Assembly (NCBI GenBank): GCA_030704615.1
Contig: CM060734.1
Span: forward strand, 10,540,001 to 10,604,000
Source of the DNA: Takakia lepidozioides
Lineage: Eukaryota > Plantae > Bryophyta
Length of the DNA stretch: 64,000 bases
Reading direction: 5' to 3'
Below, piece by piece: positions 24,072 through 36,934 of the stretch. The notes beneath the pieces are model-generated. The model ran no database searches, had not been told where the DNA came from, and saw nothing but the letters and a program-made list of their open reading frames with translations. Position 1 is the stretch's first letter; each line of letters opens with the position of its first letter. Both the position numbers and the translations under genes were made by a program.

Positions 24072-27000
24072 AGCCTTTTAGGAAGGTTGTTGCGCAGTTT
24101 GGCGGACGTTGAAAGACGTGTTGAAGGCGGCTAATGCCACTTCCACTAAGGCAAAGTTTAAAGTGAAGCCTAAGGAACCCGACACTTCGAGGGCGTCCGA
24201 AATCGGAAGGCACTCAACACCTGGCTCCTGGAGCTAGAGCAGTACTTCCGGGCGGCCAAGTTGAGTGACGAGGATCGGGTGGAAGTGGCTCCCACCTATT
24301 TGAGGGGCTATGCTCAACAATGGTGGGTAGAAACGCTTCACGACCGAGGCCCAAGCCCGGAAACCTTGAACTGGAGTGGGTTCAAGGAAGTGATGAAGAG
24401 ACAGTTTGTGCCCCTCAACACGTCCTGGCTTGCCCAGGACAAGATGAGGAATTTGAAGCAAACAAATGACATTCGGGGGTATGTCCAGGCTTTCAATGTG
24501 CTGTTGCTCAAAGTCGCGGACATGGCAGAACCAGAAATGGTCTTCAACTTGTGGCGGGACTGGCCCCATGGGCCAGGCGGAAGTTGGAGGAGAAGCCACC
24601 CAAGACTTTGAACGAGGCAATTGAGAGGGCTGAATGTTTCTCGGATGCCCGTAGGGGTGAGAGACAAGGCCGTACGGAGCTGAACCACAAGAAGACCGCG
24701 GGAAGGTGACTCCTTCCGACCCGAAAAGAAATGGGATAGGCCACGCGGTGACAATGGCACGTGGAAATCAAAGGGAGGGCCTTCACACGTCAAGGCGGCA
24801 CCCGGTGCTTCGAAAGGAAAAGCGGGTGGAGCGGCTTATGGCGGACAGAAGGCAACCTTTGATGGAGTGTGTTTCAATTGCGGGGAGCCCGGGCACATGG
24901 CCAAGAAGTGCACAAAACCTCGACAATTGAACATGACTCGGGCAACCACGGAGCTGTCGGAAGATACCATCAGTCGCTTGGTGGAAGCGGTGGTCGCCAG
25001 AACTTGCAAGGTAGGCAACTATTCTTGTGAGTTGTATCAGGAAACTGGCGCCCTGCGTAAAGGGAGTCAGATATTGTTCGTGGATGGGATAATATCCGGA
25101 ACTAACGTGTCGTTGTTGGTGGACACAGGAGCGTCGCACTCCTTCATGACGCCGGCGGCGGCGCGAAAGTTGGGACTCCCGACAAGTGACGTGGGGGCCT
25201 CTATTGAGGTGCGCTCTGCCAAGGAGAACCTCAGTTGGCGACAAGGTTGGCGTTTGATGTTCCTCTTCAACTGGGGAGTTGGGAGGGACGTGAGAACTTC
25301 ACCATCTGCGAGATCGATGGAGTGGATCTCATTTTGGGAATGACCTTTTTGAGCAAATCCGGAGCGGTCATAGATGGCCGCAAGAGATTAGTCACGCTGC
25401 CATGTGGGAATGGTGGCGAGGTTTTACGAGTGTCGGAAACGCCCAAATCCGTGGGAGGGCGAATAAACCTTCTGTCAGCAAAGGAGTGGGCCGTGGAGGA
25501 GGCACACGAGCCCCAATTTTTGCTTTACATTAGAGAAGTGAAAGGAGAAGGCGATGGGGAGCCGAGCCCAGATTGGATCAAGGGGATTTTGGAGAAATAC
25601 CAGGATGTGATGCCGGAGGATTTACCAAGCGGCTTGCCACCGCGAAGTGGAGTTGACCACAAGATTGAGGTGATACCGGGATCGGAACCGCCTGCCAAGG
25701 CGCCCTACCGGTTGAGCCACAGAGAGTTGGTCGAGCTGAAGACTCAGCTCAAGGATCTAATGTCAAAGGGGTACATCCGGCTGAGTAAGTCACCTTACGG
25801 AGCCCCGGTGCTATTTGCAGACAAGAAGGATGGGACGCTACGGATGTGTGTCAATTACAGGGCTCTGAATAAGGTGACTATCAAAGACCGGTACCCTTTG
25901 CCAAGGATCGATGACCTCTTCGATCGGTTGGCAGGAGCGAAGTATTTCAGCCGGATCGACTTGCGCTCCGGCTATCACCAAATTCGGGTGGCGGAAGGAG
26001 ATGAGGAGAAGACCGCGTGCAGGACAAGGTATGGTTCATATGAGTTCTTGGAGATGCCTTTTGGGCTCACCAATGCACCAGCAACATTTAGCACGCTGAT
26101 GAACAGCCTTTTCCAGGAGTGGTTGGATGACTTTGTGATCGTGTACATCGACGACATCTTGGTGTACTCGAAAACAAAGGAGGAGCACCTGGAGCACCTG
26201 AAAAGGGTGTTCCAAAAATTGCGGGAAGGGAAGCTATATGCCAAAGCTTCAAAGCGCGAATTCGGGGTCACAAAAGTGGAGTTCCTGGGGCATGTGATTA
26301 CACAGGATGGGGTCAAAATGGATGACAGAAAGGTGAGGGCGATCTTGGACTGGGAGCCTCCGACTTCGGTCCCGGGAGTGCGATCCTTCCTAGGACTCGT
26401 CTCCTATTACCGGAAGTATGTGAGAAATTTTGCCAAGATTGCGGGGCCGCTGTCAGACCTTCTGTGTAAATCTAAAGTCTGGGCATGGAACACCTTTTGT
26501 GGCCAAGCTTTTGCTGAATTGAAGCAGCGGATGGCGGAACCTCCAGTCTTGAAAATCCCGGAGTTCGATCGTCCGTTCGAGATACACACAGATGCGTCGG
26601 ACTTCGCGATTGGGGGTGTACTGATGCAAGATGGACGCCCAGTGGCTTACGAAAGTAAGAAACTGAATGAAGTGGAGCGACGGTGGCCGACGCAGGAGAA
26701 AGAGATGAAGGCGGTGGTGCACTGTCTTGAGCTTTGGCGCCACTATGTTGGTTCCAACCCAGTGAAGGTGTTCACGGACAATGTCACGGTGAAGTATTTT
26801 GCCACGCAGCCCAAGTTGTCCCCAAAACAACTTAGGTGGCAAGATACTTTGGCGGTGTTCGACGTGGATATCCAGTACAAACCGGGACGAGACAACGTGG
26901 TGACCGATGCTTTAAGTAGAAAGCAGCAGCTCTTGTTGGTGTACAAGGGCGAGACGGCGCTCCAAAGGAAGATCCGGAAGGCTTGCCGGAAGGATGAGCT

Positions 27001-27887
27001 GGCGAAGTCCATGATGTAGGACTTGCGGATGGGGGTTAAATCGCAGTTCCACTTGCAAAATGGACTGCTCCGGTATAAGCAAAAGCGTCTCTACGTGCCG
27101 AAGGGAGGGATCAGAGATAGCCTCTTGAGAGAATGCCATGATAGCCCGCTTGCGGGCCACGGCGGAGCCAAGCGCACTGCGGCACTCTTGAAGAAAGAGT
27201 ATTTCTGGCCCAAACTGAGGGAGGAGGCAGAGGAGTATGTCAAGACATGCACCACATGCCAACAAAACCGGAGCGAGTACAAAAAGCAAGCGGGGCTGTT
27301 ACAACCCTTGCCGATTCCAGAGGGCACTTGGGAAAGCGTCTCAATGGATTTCATGACTGCTATGCCGCTGTCAAAAGGATTCGATGCAATCATGGTGGTG
27401 GGGGATAGGTTCAGTAAAATGGGCCATTTCATCCCCACCAAGGAGACGGCAACGGCGCAGGAGACAGAGCGACTTTACTTCGCCCACGTCTTAAAGAGTA
27501 AATTTTGGAGGGCACTTTGGAAGAAGATGGGGACGAGGCTGAAGATGAGCACCGCCTTCCGACCTACGACTGCCGGCAAACAGCAAGGTGCACCCAGTAT
27601 AACATGTCTCCCTTTTGAAACCTTACTTCAAAGATGAAGCGCGTCCGAATCGGCATCAAGTGTTGCGTCCACCACCTATGCTGTTGGATCATGAAAATGA
27701 ACCTGAGTATGAGGTGGAGGCAATACTTAAGTCGAGGAGGTTCAAGAACCGAGAAACGGAGTATCTCGTCAAATGGAAGGGCTATCATCATGTGGAGGCA
27801 TCTTGGGTGCGTGCCTCAGAAATGAGAAACGCATCCGAGGCGGTTGCAGCTTTCGAAGGGCGACCTCAAAAGCGGAAGAAACGTTGA
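24072..27887 (+). pseudogene. Chromovirus gag-pol (gag N-terminus at ~12534-12747): gag, CCHC, PR, RT, RH, partly deleted INT, chromodomain
   Basis: CFNCGEPGHMAKKC; LVDTGASHSF; YIDDILVYS; TDASDFAIG; ECHDSPLAGH..CTTCQ; SMDF; EYEVEAIL..EYLVKWKGY..ASW. Confidence 0.95.
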
Positions 27888-28779
27888 TGGGGACATCAAC
27901 CTTGGAGCGTGGGGGAGGAAATGCATGCTTAGCCCGGCTTAGCTAGCTTAGGAATCCGATTACAAAAACTTGTATTGTACAAAAATTTGTTATAAAGGAA
28001 ATGGGTTCCAAATGTTGTGCGTCCTATTTTGTTTGGAATGGTGATGCATGGTATGGTTGGCTAGTGTGTAGAATGCATGCTAGCTTATAAAAGTGGGAGA
28101 GGTAAATGGGTTAATCGTGTGTTTGCGTAGTGCCGAAATCGGGTGACCCCCATCCAAGGGGCAAGGAAACTTGCGACTTCTTTGGGAGTTCACGTGCTAG
28201 TGCGCACCTGGCGCGTGCGCGTACTATAACTGCGCTACCGAGGGGGTTGCCTTGTAGTGCGGGCTAACGCAGAAGCTACGTGCTTCCATTCACGTACTAT
28301 AATCGTGTAGCCTTGGGACGAAGTCGTAGTGCGGCTTCGGCGTGTTCCCGTACCTCAGGCCAGCATTCCAAGGCGGACCCAATTGTAGTGATTGGGGCGC
28401 ACGGTTGGTTCAAGGTTATCTTCCTAGTCAAAGAGGGTTCCAGGGAACCCTTGCTCAAGGTGATGCCAAAAGCGGCATCATGAGCGATCGCAAGCAATGT
28501 TGTTGCAGTAAGGCGATTCGATCCTCGGGGAGGATCGTTCCTTGGCCTTGAAATAGGCCAATAAGAGTGCACTAGGAGGAGCTGGAGAGGCTCCACCCTT
28601 GGCCGGGACTTGGAGGAAGTCGGCCGAACTAGCTAGTGGAGAGTAGAGTCAAGTGTGGGGTTTGGTTCTTTGCCATGGGACGCCATGGTACGGAAACAAA
28701 CTCCTTGATGTGGGACGCCACAACTTGGATGTTCGTTTCTACAAAATGGACAAGTCGATGAGGACATCGACTCCCTGTT

Positions 28780-28791
28780 GGTAGGGGTGTG
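28780..28791 (+). promoter_or_regulatory. Polypurine tract of chromovirus
   Basis: GGTAGGGGTGTG abutting the 3' LTR. Confidence 0.7.
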
Positions 28792-29521
28792 TGTCGCGGC
28801 CCTTTGCCTTGAGGGCAGGGGGTCGGGACACATGAGGGGCTGCCCCTATGGTGGGGGCAGCGGCAGCGATAGGTATGGGGGGGCTGAAGCACCCTTGAGT
28901 GCCCAAGGCACTCAAGGAGGCGGAGGCGCTCACTAGGTGGAGCCCCGCACACCGGGTTGCGGTGGGGGTGGCTCCACAAGGGGTGGTGGTAGCTTAGCGG
29001 GACTTAGTGGGGGTGGCATAGGACTCACCATGGGGGCGGAGACCTCGTGGTGGGAGTCGTGGGGAGTCTTGGGACTCATCACGGTCCAGAGGGGCCGTGG
29101 TGAGTGGGCCAAGACTCACCACGACTCATCACCGGGAGTCGAGGGTTTTCGTGGTGGTTCGCCATAAAATGGCATGGCTGGTTGTGAAACCCCCGCGGAC
29201 AGCTACAGAAGTATATATAAGGGGAGTAGTGACCCCGAGAACGGTGCAAGCCCGTTGGTGACCAAAAACTAGTGAGTAAGCGAGCGAGCCGGAAAGCGAC
29301 CAAAGAGTGGGGAGCTGTTCCGGACTGCCATCTACCAAAGGGAATTCTCCTAGGCCCAAATAGGTGGAGGGTTTAGTGGGAAGCGAAGGGGGGACCGTTA
29401 TGTCCCGGTGAGCAGCCGAAGCTCCAAGTTGGCCCGGGCGGCCAGGTTGGGAGTTAGGCGCGCGCATCGGAGCGAGTAACTATGACTTGAAGGGAAGCTT
29501 ACCGAAGTGAGGTGCGCGACA
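28792..29521 (+). repeat. 3' LTR of chromovirus
   Basis: Direct repeat of 11753-12478 with only scattered substitutions and 1-bp indels. Confidence 0.95.
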
Positions 29522-30242
29522 GTGAGAAAGAAAGGTACATCCTGAAGTTGCAGCAAACACTCATGGCCCACAAGAATGAACTCTCTGTGGCCAACAAGGC
29601 TTGGAAGGAAGCCAATAATCTGGCTGCTGCCTATGTGGGCCTGGTTGAACCTCATGCGAAGCGCATAGAGGCTTTACAGCAGCAGTTAGATGTGTATAGA
29701 CTCAAGGAGGAGCAGACTCTTAGGGGTGTCACACAGGACTTGGTGGATAATCACCTTATGCAAGTGTGGTTAGCACAAGGGCTAGTAGAAGGCAAAGCAC
29801 CAAGGAAGCTCACCCACGGAGTGATGAATGATCTCAGATTGCAAGTACAAAATATTGCCACAACTACTATAGACAATGTCTATAGTAGAATAGCAGAGTT
29901 ACAGGATGATGTGGAAGGCCTACAGACTCAAGTAGATGACCTGAGTTCAAATATTGACAAGAGAGTCTTTGTTCCTGAGGAGCAGCTGGTGGCTACTTTT
30001 TTGCATGCCAGGACTCTGATTTTTCAATCTTCTTCACAGGAGGTGCAGGAGTTGTCAGTGGTAGAAGGGCCAGTGGTTAATATCACAGCTTCCATAGCAG
30101 GTGGCTGTGTAGGTGGCTGACCCTGTTGATACTATGGCAAAGCCACAGCCTGAGGTTTGGGGGGGTGCTGCTTTTCACCTACCTAGGACTCATGCTGCAC
30201 TGGAGTACAATCGGGCAATGATTATGCCTTTCAACCAAATTC
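29522..30242 (+). pseudogene. Gypsy ORF3, middle part
   Basis: KERYILKLQQ..NKAWKEANNLAAAY..AMIMPFNQI matches the homologue at 51185-53206(-). Confidence 0.8.
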
Positions 30243-30249
30243 GTAACAG

Positions 30250-31107
30250 TGTCGAGCGGCTTTTACTCACCCATCCCTTCACTATCCGAGGTGGAAACTC
30301 CAAGATAGAAGAGTTGGATATCTCTAAACACTCAGCCCGCTCAGAACAATCAGTCATGACCTACAGCTAGTGAATCATGGTTGTGCTTCCTATTTGTATT
30401 TCTTCTTGCCTTCGTACTAGCAAATTACCTTACTGTGTATACTGAAGCATCAGATTGCTTTAGTACCTATCAAGTTCCAATCAATCATTCATTCATTCCA
30501 CAGCTTCTCTTATGTCTCTCTACACAGTGTGATTGTATCGAATAAGTATCAGATTAAGATTAATCAGGTATCAGGCCAATGCCATGGTGTCCCTAATCTA
30601 CCCTACTGTATGATTCTACAGCTTGCATATATTAAGCCTCAATCAAGTCATCATCTCCTCTTCACTGTTTCCGCTCTCCGTTTCGTCTCCTCTTTCCCTG
30701 TCCAAGTCCTGCTCTCCAAGAAGTGATCCCCTTCCTGTTGCCGCCCTGCCTAATCTACCCGCAAGCTGTTCTAACCACCTAACTAACTAACTGTCACCCC
30801 TGAAGTAACACATTCCCTCTGCAGATGTCGTTCCCACACAGTCGTTCCTTGTCAATGATAACCGTTCCCTATGTACGCTGTGACGGGCTGTGCCAAGCTG
30901 TGTCGAGCTGTGACTGTGCTGAGCTGTGACTGGCTGTGTAAAACTGTGTCGGGCTGTGTCAGACTGTGTCGCCCCCCCCCCCTAAAGCCTGCGCCTGTCA
31001 CCCCTAAAACTTCTGCTGGTCTCAGTCCACCATCCGTAAGTCTGCGCAAATTAAGGGTACCCCACAGAACCCGTAAAAGCGTCTAAGTCCCAAACAGCCC
31101 TCTAACA
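30250..31107 (-). repeat. 3' LTR of the extra-ORF gypsy element (inverted)
   Basis: On the minus strand TGTTAGAG...TCGACA, preceded by PPT GAGAGGGGGAGGGG (31111-31124). Homologous to 49350-50232. Confidence 0.85.
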
Positions 31108-31158
31108 TTACCCCTCCCCCTCTCAAGAAGCCGTGTCCTTACCGTTTACTGTTTAGGA

Positions 31159-32093
31159 TCAGCAAACCTTTGTGAGCGAGCACCCTTCTAATGGTGAGAG
31201 TCTCTTGAAGGACTCCGTGTACGAGCTCGAGCCCTGTCACTGGCTGATGGAGGCGATTGAGCACTACATAGAAATGTCTGACCCTCCTGTGGTTGATAAC
31301 GAGGTAATCTCTCAGGCATAGGAGATCCTCGTCGTTTCTTCTCTGCCATCTGGAGTGCATAGTCCTCCGCCATGTCAAAAGGTTCCTCTGAAGAACCAGT
31401 AGTGTCAGAATCATCGTCCCCCCTCAGGTGTTTTAACGGCCGAACTTTAAGTGGCTTCTCCGGAATCCTGCGTGACATACAATGTTGGCCCACCATGTCG
31501 GGAAGCTTAAATTGTAGTACCTGCTGTAAACGCTTGCAAGCAAAATGAGTGAACTCCCTGAACTCCTTAGCCGTATAAGTATTTCCAGGCTTCATGTCCC
31601 TTATAGAAAATATCATCAGGGCCCAATTTCTCTGTTGCCAAGTTGTTCCAAGCCAAATTAAACCATGAACGAAGTTGGGAATCCTTCTGCATCATGACTT
31701 TTGCATCATACAGATACATATGAGGTAGCACTGAAGGAAAGACCCAATGATCCCCACTAGAATAACTCAGAAATCGTGATTGCATCTTCTGCTGCTCAAT
31801 GTGATAACGTGCCATGAAACAAGCAGCATAGTATAATCCACAGCCCATGACAATGCTAGATACCTCCTTGGTCTTGGTATAGATGTACCCATGTATAACC
31901 TGGAAGGCAATTAATTCCTTCAGCATGGTGCCTGCCTCAGACCAGTACCTTGCAAAGTGATGATCCTCAATGGGTTGATTGTTCGGAAGAACCTTAGTCC
32001 GAGTTGCCACTAGCAACCAAATGCGCATGATCTGGTAATAATGTGCCAACGACTGCGGAGGACTAAATTCCTTCCATGCCAAATCCATCACAA
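31159..32093 (-). pseudogene. Gypsy ORF3, C-terminal part (inverted)
   Basis: VMDLAWKEFSPPQSLAHYYQIMRIW... continues where the plus-strand part stops; matches 50285-51250(-). Confidence 0.82.
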
Positions 32094-32521
32094 GCTTGGA
32101 AGAGCAGGGATGGCTGGACAGGCAAGGCGTTTGGTAATATGAATACCTGCACCACATCTATTAGTATATGTATATGTCTATACATATTGACATGGTCTAT
32201 GTGCATGGAGTAGGACAGTGGAGGCGGCCTGTGAGTTTGTTGCAAAGTGGTGGTACAGTCTTGACTCTGTAAACTTGGAAATGATTTCATGAGCATGGGC
32301 TTACTTTTTTTTTTTGTGGCACTTTGTCAAAGAAAGACAGAGCAGGTAGTCCAAGCTTGACTGAGCTGGCACACGCCTCAAAGGTGGACAAGGGATATGG
32401 CTCCCAGTCATGTCATGACCTTGAGGTAAATGTCGTGCTCTTACTTTGTCACTACTTAGATTTTTTGTATCAGTAGACAGACCATACAAACTCATTATCT
32501 CCATGTTGTTTGGGTCTGTAG

Positions 32522-32781
32522 GGAGGAGGGAGTGCGATGCAGGCTCGACTGTCGTGTCTTGAGGGGAGTGTGCTTGCCTTGTCAGAAACCCAGATCCCCA
32601 CAATTGAGGGCACATCGGCCACTATAAAAGCTGAAGTGGCTAAGGCTTTTGAGGATAATGCCAGAAAACTGGATGCATTGATGGCAATGATGGTGGGAAT
32701 ATCGACGCCCGCCCCTCCTCCAATTACTATCCCAACATCTACTTTTATTGCACCACTGCATGATGATGCAGGCTTGGAAGG
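32522..32781 (+). CDS. Putative exon (GGGSAMQARL...DAGLEG) interrupted by MULE-A copy 2
   Basis: CTGTAG acceptor at 32521, open frame up to the TSD. No recognisable domain. Confidence 0.3.
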
Positions 32782-33413
32782 CAACGACGCAATGGCGTGA
32801 GCGTTGCGCGTGAGCGTTGCGCGTGAGCGCGCGAGCGTACGCTCACGCCAACTGACGTGGCGTGAGCCTGCACACACGCTGACGCGGCGTGAGCGTCATG
32901 TCAGCATGCTGATGTGGCGGTAAATGATGACATGGCAATGTCCGTCATCTGCCACATCACCATTAACATGCGCCGCCTATAACCGTGGATGGTCCTATGA
33001 CCGTGGAATTAATGCAGGGAATCTTGCCTAAATAGAATCAAGACGAGCATTGAGGCCTACAATTGCAGCATCCAACATTGTGCAATTACAAATGCTTGTT
33101 TCACTTTTACAATTACGAGGACGACAAAATGTCCTCACAAATTGTGCGCCATAAAGGCTGCCACGGGAAGACCTTCCTCCCTCCTCAAATAACAATGAGA
33201 GTTAGGATCATCTTCAAAAGATGATTGTAGTGCATAGCGACAGCAAGACATGTAGACTTCGAACGGTGCAATGACAAATGTGCACTACCTAAAAGTTGTC
33301 ACTCAGAGCTCACTCCGTATAGTTGGAGGCCATATCATTGCACAGCCGACGAATTGATGTGAATTACACATTTCAAATCATGGTCATCCACATACCACAT
33401 TACATAGTTCATG

Positions 33414-36400
33414 CTACCCATGTGTTGTATCCCGCTGCAAAAGAGTATCGACCTCGTTGAAACTCATAGTGGCTTGGTGAATGAAGTTGTCACGTTTGGG
33501 ATCGCAAACCATCCTCCTCAAAAATATGAAATACAAATGTTTGCAGGGTATGAATTTACCTCTCTTGCCCAAACTGGTTGATAGCATATTCACAAAATCA
33601 GGACATGTGCAATTGGGGAAATTGGAAACCGTGATGTCGTAGGTCCTGTCATGAACAGCAGATGTGGAAGTGATGATTGTGAATACCCGACCATATCCTG
33701 GATCGGGTACTTCCGTGGTGCTTCCAACACGAGCTTGGAGCATTCTTGCGGACTCCACTTTGCCAAAGTGTTCAGCGGTTGGAGGGAAACGCCGAACGAG
33801 CTTTCCATCTCGTTTGGTTGGCCACAAGTCAGGATTTGCCGGGGGGACCCGGGAGGACGCAAAAGTAGTAGCACATGCATGGAGTTGGGGTTGTCTCGCA
33901 AGGGAAAAACCTGCCTCCTCCAGCATTTCAATCTCCTGAAAGCTGAGATGTGTTCCCACCTTCACGGGCCAAACGGTTGGAGGAGTTGGCTTCATCACTA
34001 CGGAAGGACGCACAGTTCCATGCACACATCTGGCACAATCATCTGCGCAGAACCAGAACTTGTGGTTCTTGGCTTCTGGTTGACCGTATGGACGCATCAA
34101 GCCCGTGAAAGTCGAAGCAGGAGTTCGGGCACCACCTCTGGATATAGATGAAGTGCACTTCTCGAAATTAGTTGCCCTGATCGCTGTACATTTCACACGA
34201 GACCCTACACTTGTGCGTTCTATGTGCCAAACGTGGTCGGGGCATGCGGACTCAAGCACATCAAGGGGGTTGTTTCTCTCCTGCACCATTTCAGTGGCAC
34301 TGTTTGATGCTGGAGCTTGCCATCGTGTTGGAGGTTCCTCCACAATGGAGGTTCCGGACATGGAGCTATCATGCAGGGGAACACGAGGCTTCGAGAAGTT
34401 ATCACGGTCTGCCCTGTGGGAATCTGAATCCGAACCAGGTGGAGTGTTCAATTTCCTCTTACAGGAGCCGAATCTCTCCTCCCCTTCAAGATGTGGAACT
34501 CTAGAAACACACTGTGGCGTTCCCTGGGCATACATGCTCACCGCCCGTGCTATCTTGATTGGATCCCCAGATTTGTTTGCAGCACGCAACATCAACTCCC
34601 ATTTGTCCGGACCCTTGCCACCAACCCCACCTCGTAAGAAATCACGGTATCGGGTTTGTTGTTGCAAGGCACGTATCAAATCATCTGTTGTTGCCACATA
34701 CAAATCCCGACCTCGTTTCCCAGACTGCTGCAACCATGCGTTGTGCACAGTTTCTACCAAATTGCAAGATGGCATGTCCGCCATTTCCTCAATGGACATG
34801 TTCTGCAAAGAGGATAACCACACTTCAGAACAGTGCACAGGAAACAACATAAAGAAAGCAATGAGTCAAAAATATGGAAAGCAAATGTATGAATAAAGCA
34901 TGAAATAGAAGCCTCGTACCATTGTCATGGCTGCTCCCCACTGTCTATACCGGAAGTGCCAAAACGCCAGCCAATCTTCCAATGCTCTCATACTCTCAAG
35001 TGATGCAGCTCCAGAAGAGAACCACCATGCACGAATTGTCTGGAACAAAGTGTCCGCCTCCTTCATTGTTCTAGCATCTTTGTACTCTTTGCACAATTTA
35101 CGGTGCTGAGTCTGCATCTCTGGTTTGATGTCCGACTTTATATGTTTTTCCAGAGATTGTGTCCAATGGAATAGACATGTACGCTCTCTTCCTGGCATAG
35201 GCACTTTTGGGTCGCCCGATCCGAAGACAATACGAACAGCATTGAAATTTGCTTGAGCACTATCCGCCATGAAACCTGCGAAATTTGGAGATGGCAGCCC
35301 ATGGCAGCCCATGACACGTATCAGGGAATTCCACATGAGCTTCTGGGATTCCGTATCCTCGGATTGCATGTCACAAACTGCAATTGTCATAACTCGTTGG
35401 TACACTGGATCGTAGACATGACAAGCCATTGTCGTCCAATCCTTCACTCGTTTCACATGATCAAACATAAGAAAACAGTTCTGCAAGTCCCCAGTCTTCT
35501 GCATCCGCTTCACGAGGCTAACCCCACTGCCCTCCCCAACAGTCGACATTTTGAAAAGAAAAACTTTGATGGCACCTTGACCTGGGAATACATTGTCCTG
35601 GATGTAATCGTACTTGCTCACTCGTTTCAATTCCAAAATATTGTCTATGTAGCCTCTGATCCCAGAGCCCATTCTCAATGCATTGATCTAATGCCGAATG
35701 TTAGGTGAACTTAAAGTGGAGAAATGATCCATGACCAGGTCCAATGCTGCACCGTCAAGTTTAGTCCCCACAGAATCTCCTTCACTCAAAATATGGCTTT
35801 CCAAGAAGGACTTGCTTGCGCCAAGAGCAATTGCAGATGTTGTTGCGGATGGGTTTCTCCCGAACTCCTGTTTGATCAACCTCGATACTGTCTCAACACT
35901 CTCCCTGTAATCCCCCTTCGAGACAGGATGGTTATGGAATCCAAAATGCACACAAGCTCTCGTCATTGTATTCAAACGGTGGACAACATATAGTACATTC
36001 TTGCTCCGCAGAGCGCCAAACAGGATGGCACAAGTTTGCAGAATTTGCAGACGAAAGTGTTTGCCGGTGGAGGGGCAGTCCCAGGCTGAAATGGATTTTC
36101 CGCCAGACCCTCCCATTCGCTTTGATTATGAACCCCAGACTGAAGAAAGTGTCTACAATTCAAATTATCACACCTAAGGTGTCCATTGCAAACTGTCCTC
36201 CTGAAAACAAGCTTGTCATCATTCTGAATATTGGATGTTTTTGTTCTGCACCACGGGTGCCCGTCGTGTTTCTTGTCCATTCCATGCATCATGATTGTTA
36301 CACCTCCAACTCGCGGAGGAGGAGGCAGCTCGAATAGGATATCGCCATCAAAAGTCTCCGGCAAGAACTTCACAGGCACCTGCTTCAAAGATTCCCAATC

Positions 36401-36934
36401 AATTCCCCGCAACTCACTTTTGAATCCAGCCATTCCTCCCATCGCCCGCAATTTTGGAATGACACTACAAATCTCTTCTTCATCGGCTTCTCCAACCACA
36501 GTAGGAAGGACTGGATTTGGAATTTCACTTATGTCATCATCGGAAGAATCCGAAAGCTCAACGATTGGAGTGGAGGACGTCTGTTCTTTTTTCACCACCA
36601 CCTCCCTCTTGTCTTCAACGACCGAAGCAGCAGTCCCGGGCGTCACATATGACCCAAGGGACTTTCGCCGAGGCTCTCCAAGTACTCTGTATCGACCAGG
36701 ACGCACTCTCCACTGGCTGATATGAGCCGTCTCATCACGGTTTTGGAAAGAATATTTCACCAACTTCCCTTTAAGATCGTACACCTCTTTCTCCAAAAAG
36801 ATGGAGCCATTCTGCAGCTGAAAACGGGTAGCCAAGACATGTTCCAGAACAATTGCAAATCCATTGTCAAGGACTTCCTGGGAGAACGGCACTGGTTTGT
36901 CGTCAGAGAAGAACTCCGCTTCAGAGGAAGCCAT
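33414..36934 (-). CDS. MULE-A transposase copy 2 (2-bp insertion near 35988, premature stop at 35688)
   Basis: Same motifs as copy 1; starts MASSEAEFF. Confidence 0.88.

Larger units (their letters stand above)
11753..29521 (+). mobile_element. Ty3/gypsy chromovirus (Galadriel-like), both LTRs present, interrupted by MULE-A copy 1
   Basis: Two near-identical TG..CA LTRs, PBS-Met, PPT and chromodomain. TSD CTGAG/GTGAG (11748-11752, 29522-29526). Host ORF reads VEAE|KERY across it. Confidence 0.95.
3986..32093 (+). mobile_element. Non-chromovirus Ty3/gypsy element with extra 3' ORF; 5' end missing, interrupted at 11753-29521, 3' end inverted
   Basis: gag-PR-RT-RH-INT order, no chromodomain. 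The extra ORF resumes after the nested chromovirus. PPT and LTR lie on the minus strand at 30250-31124. Confidence 0.85.
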
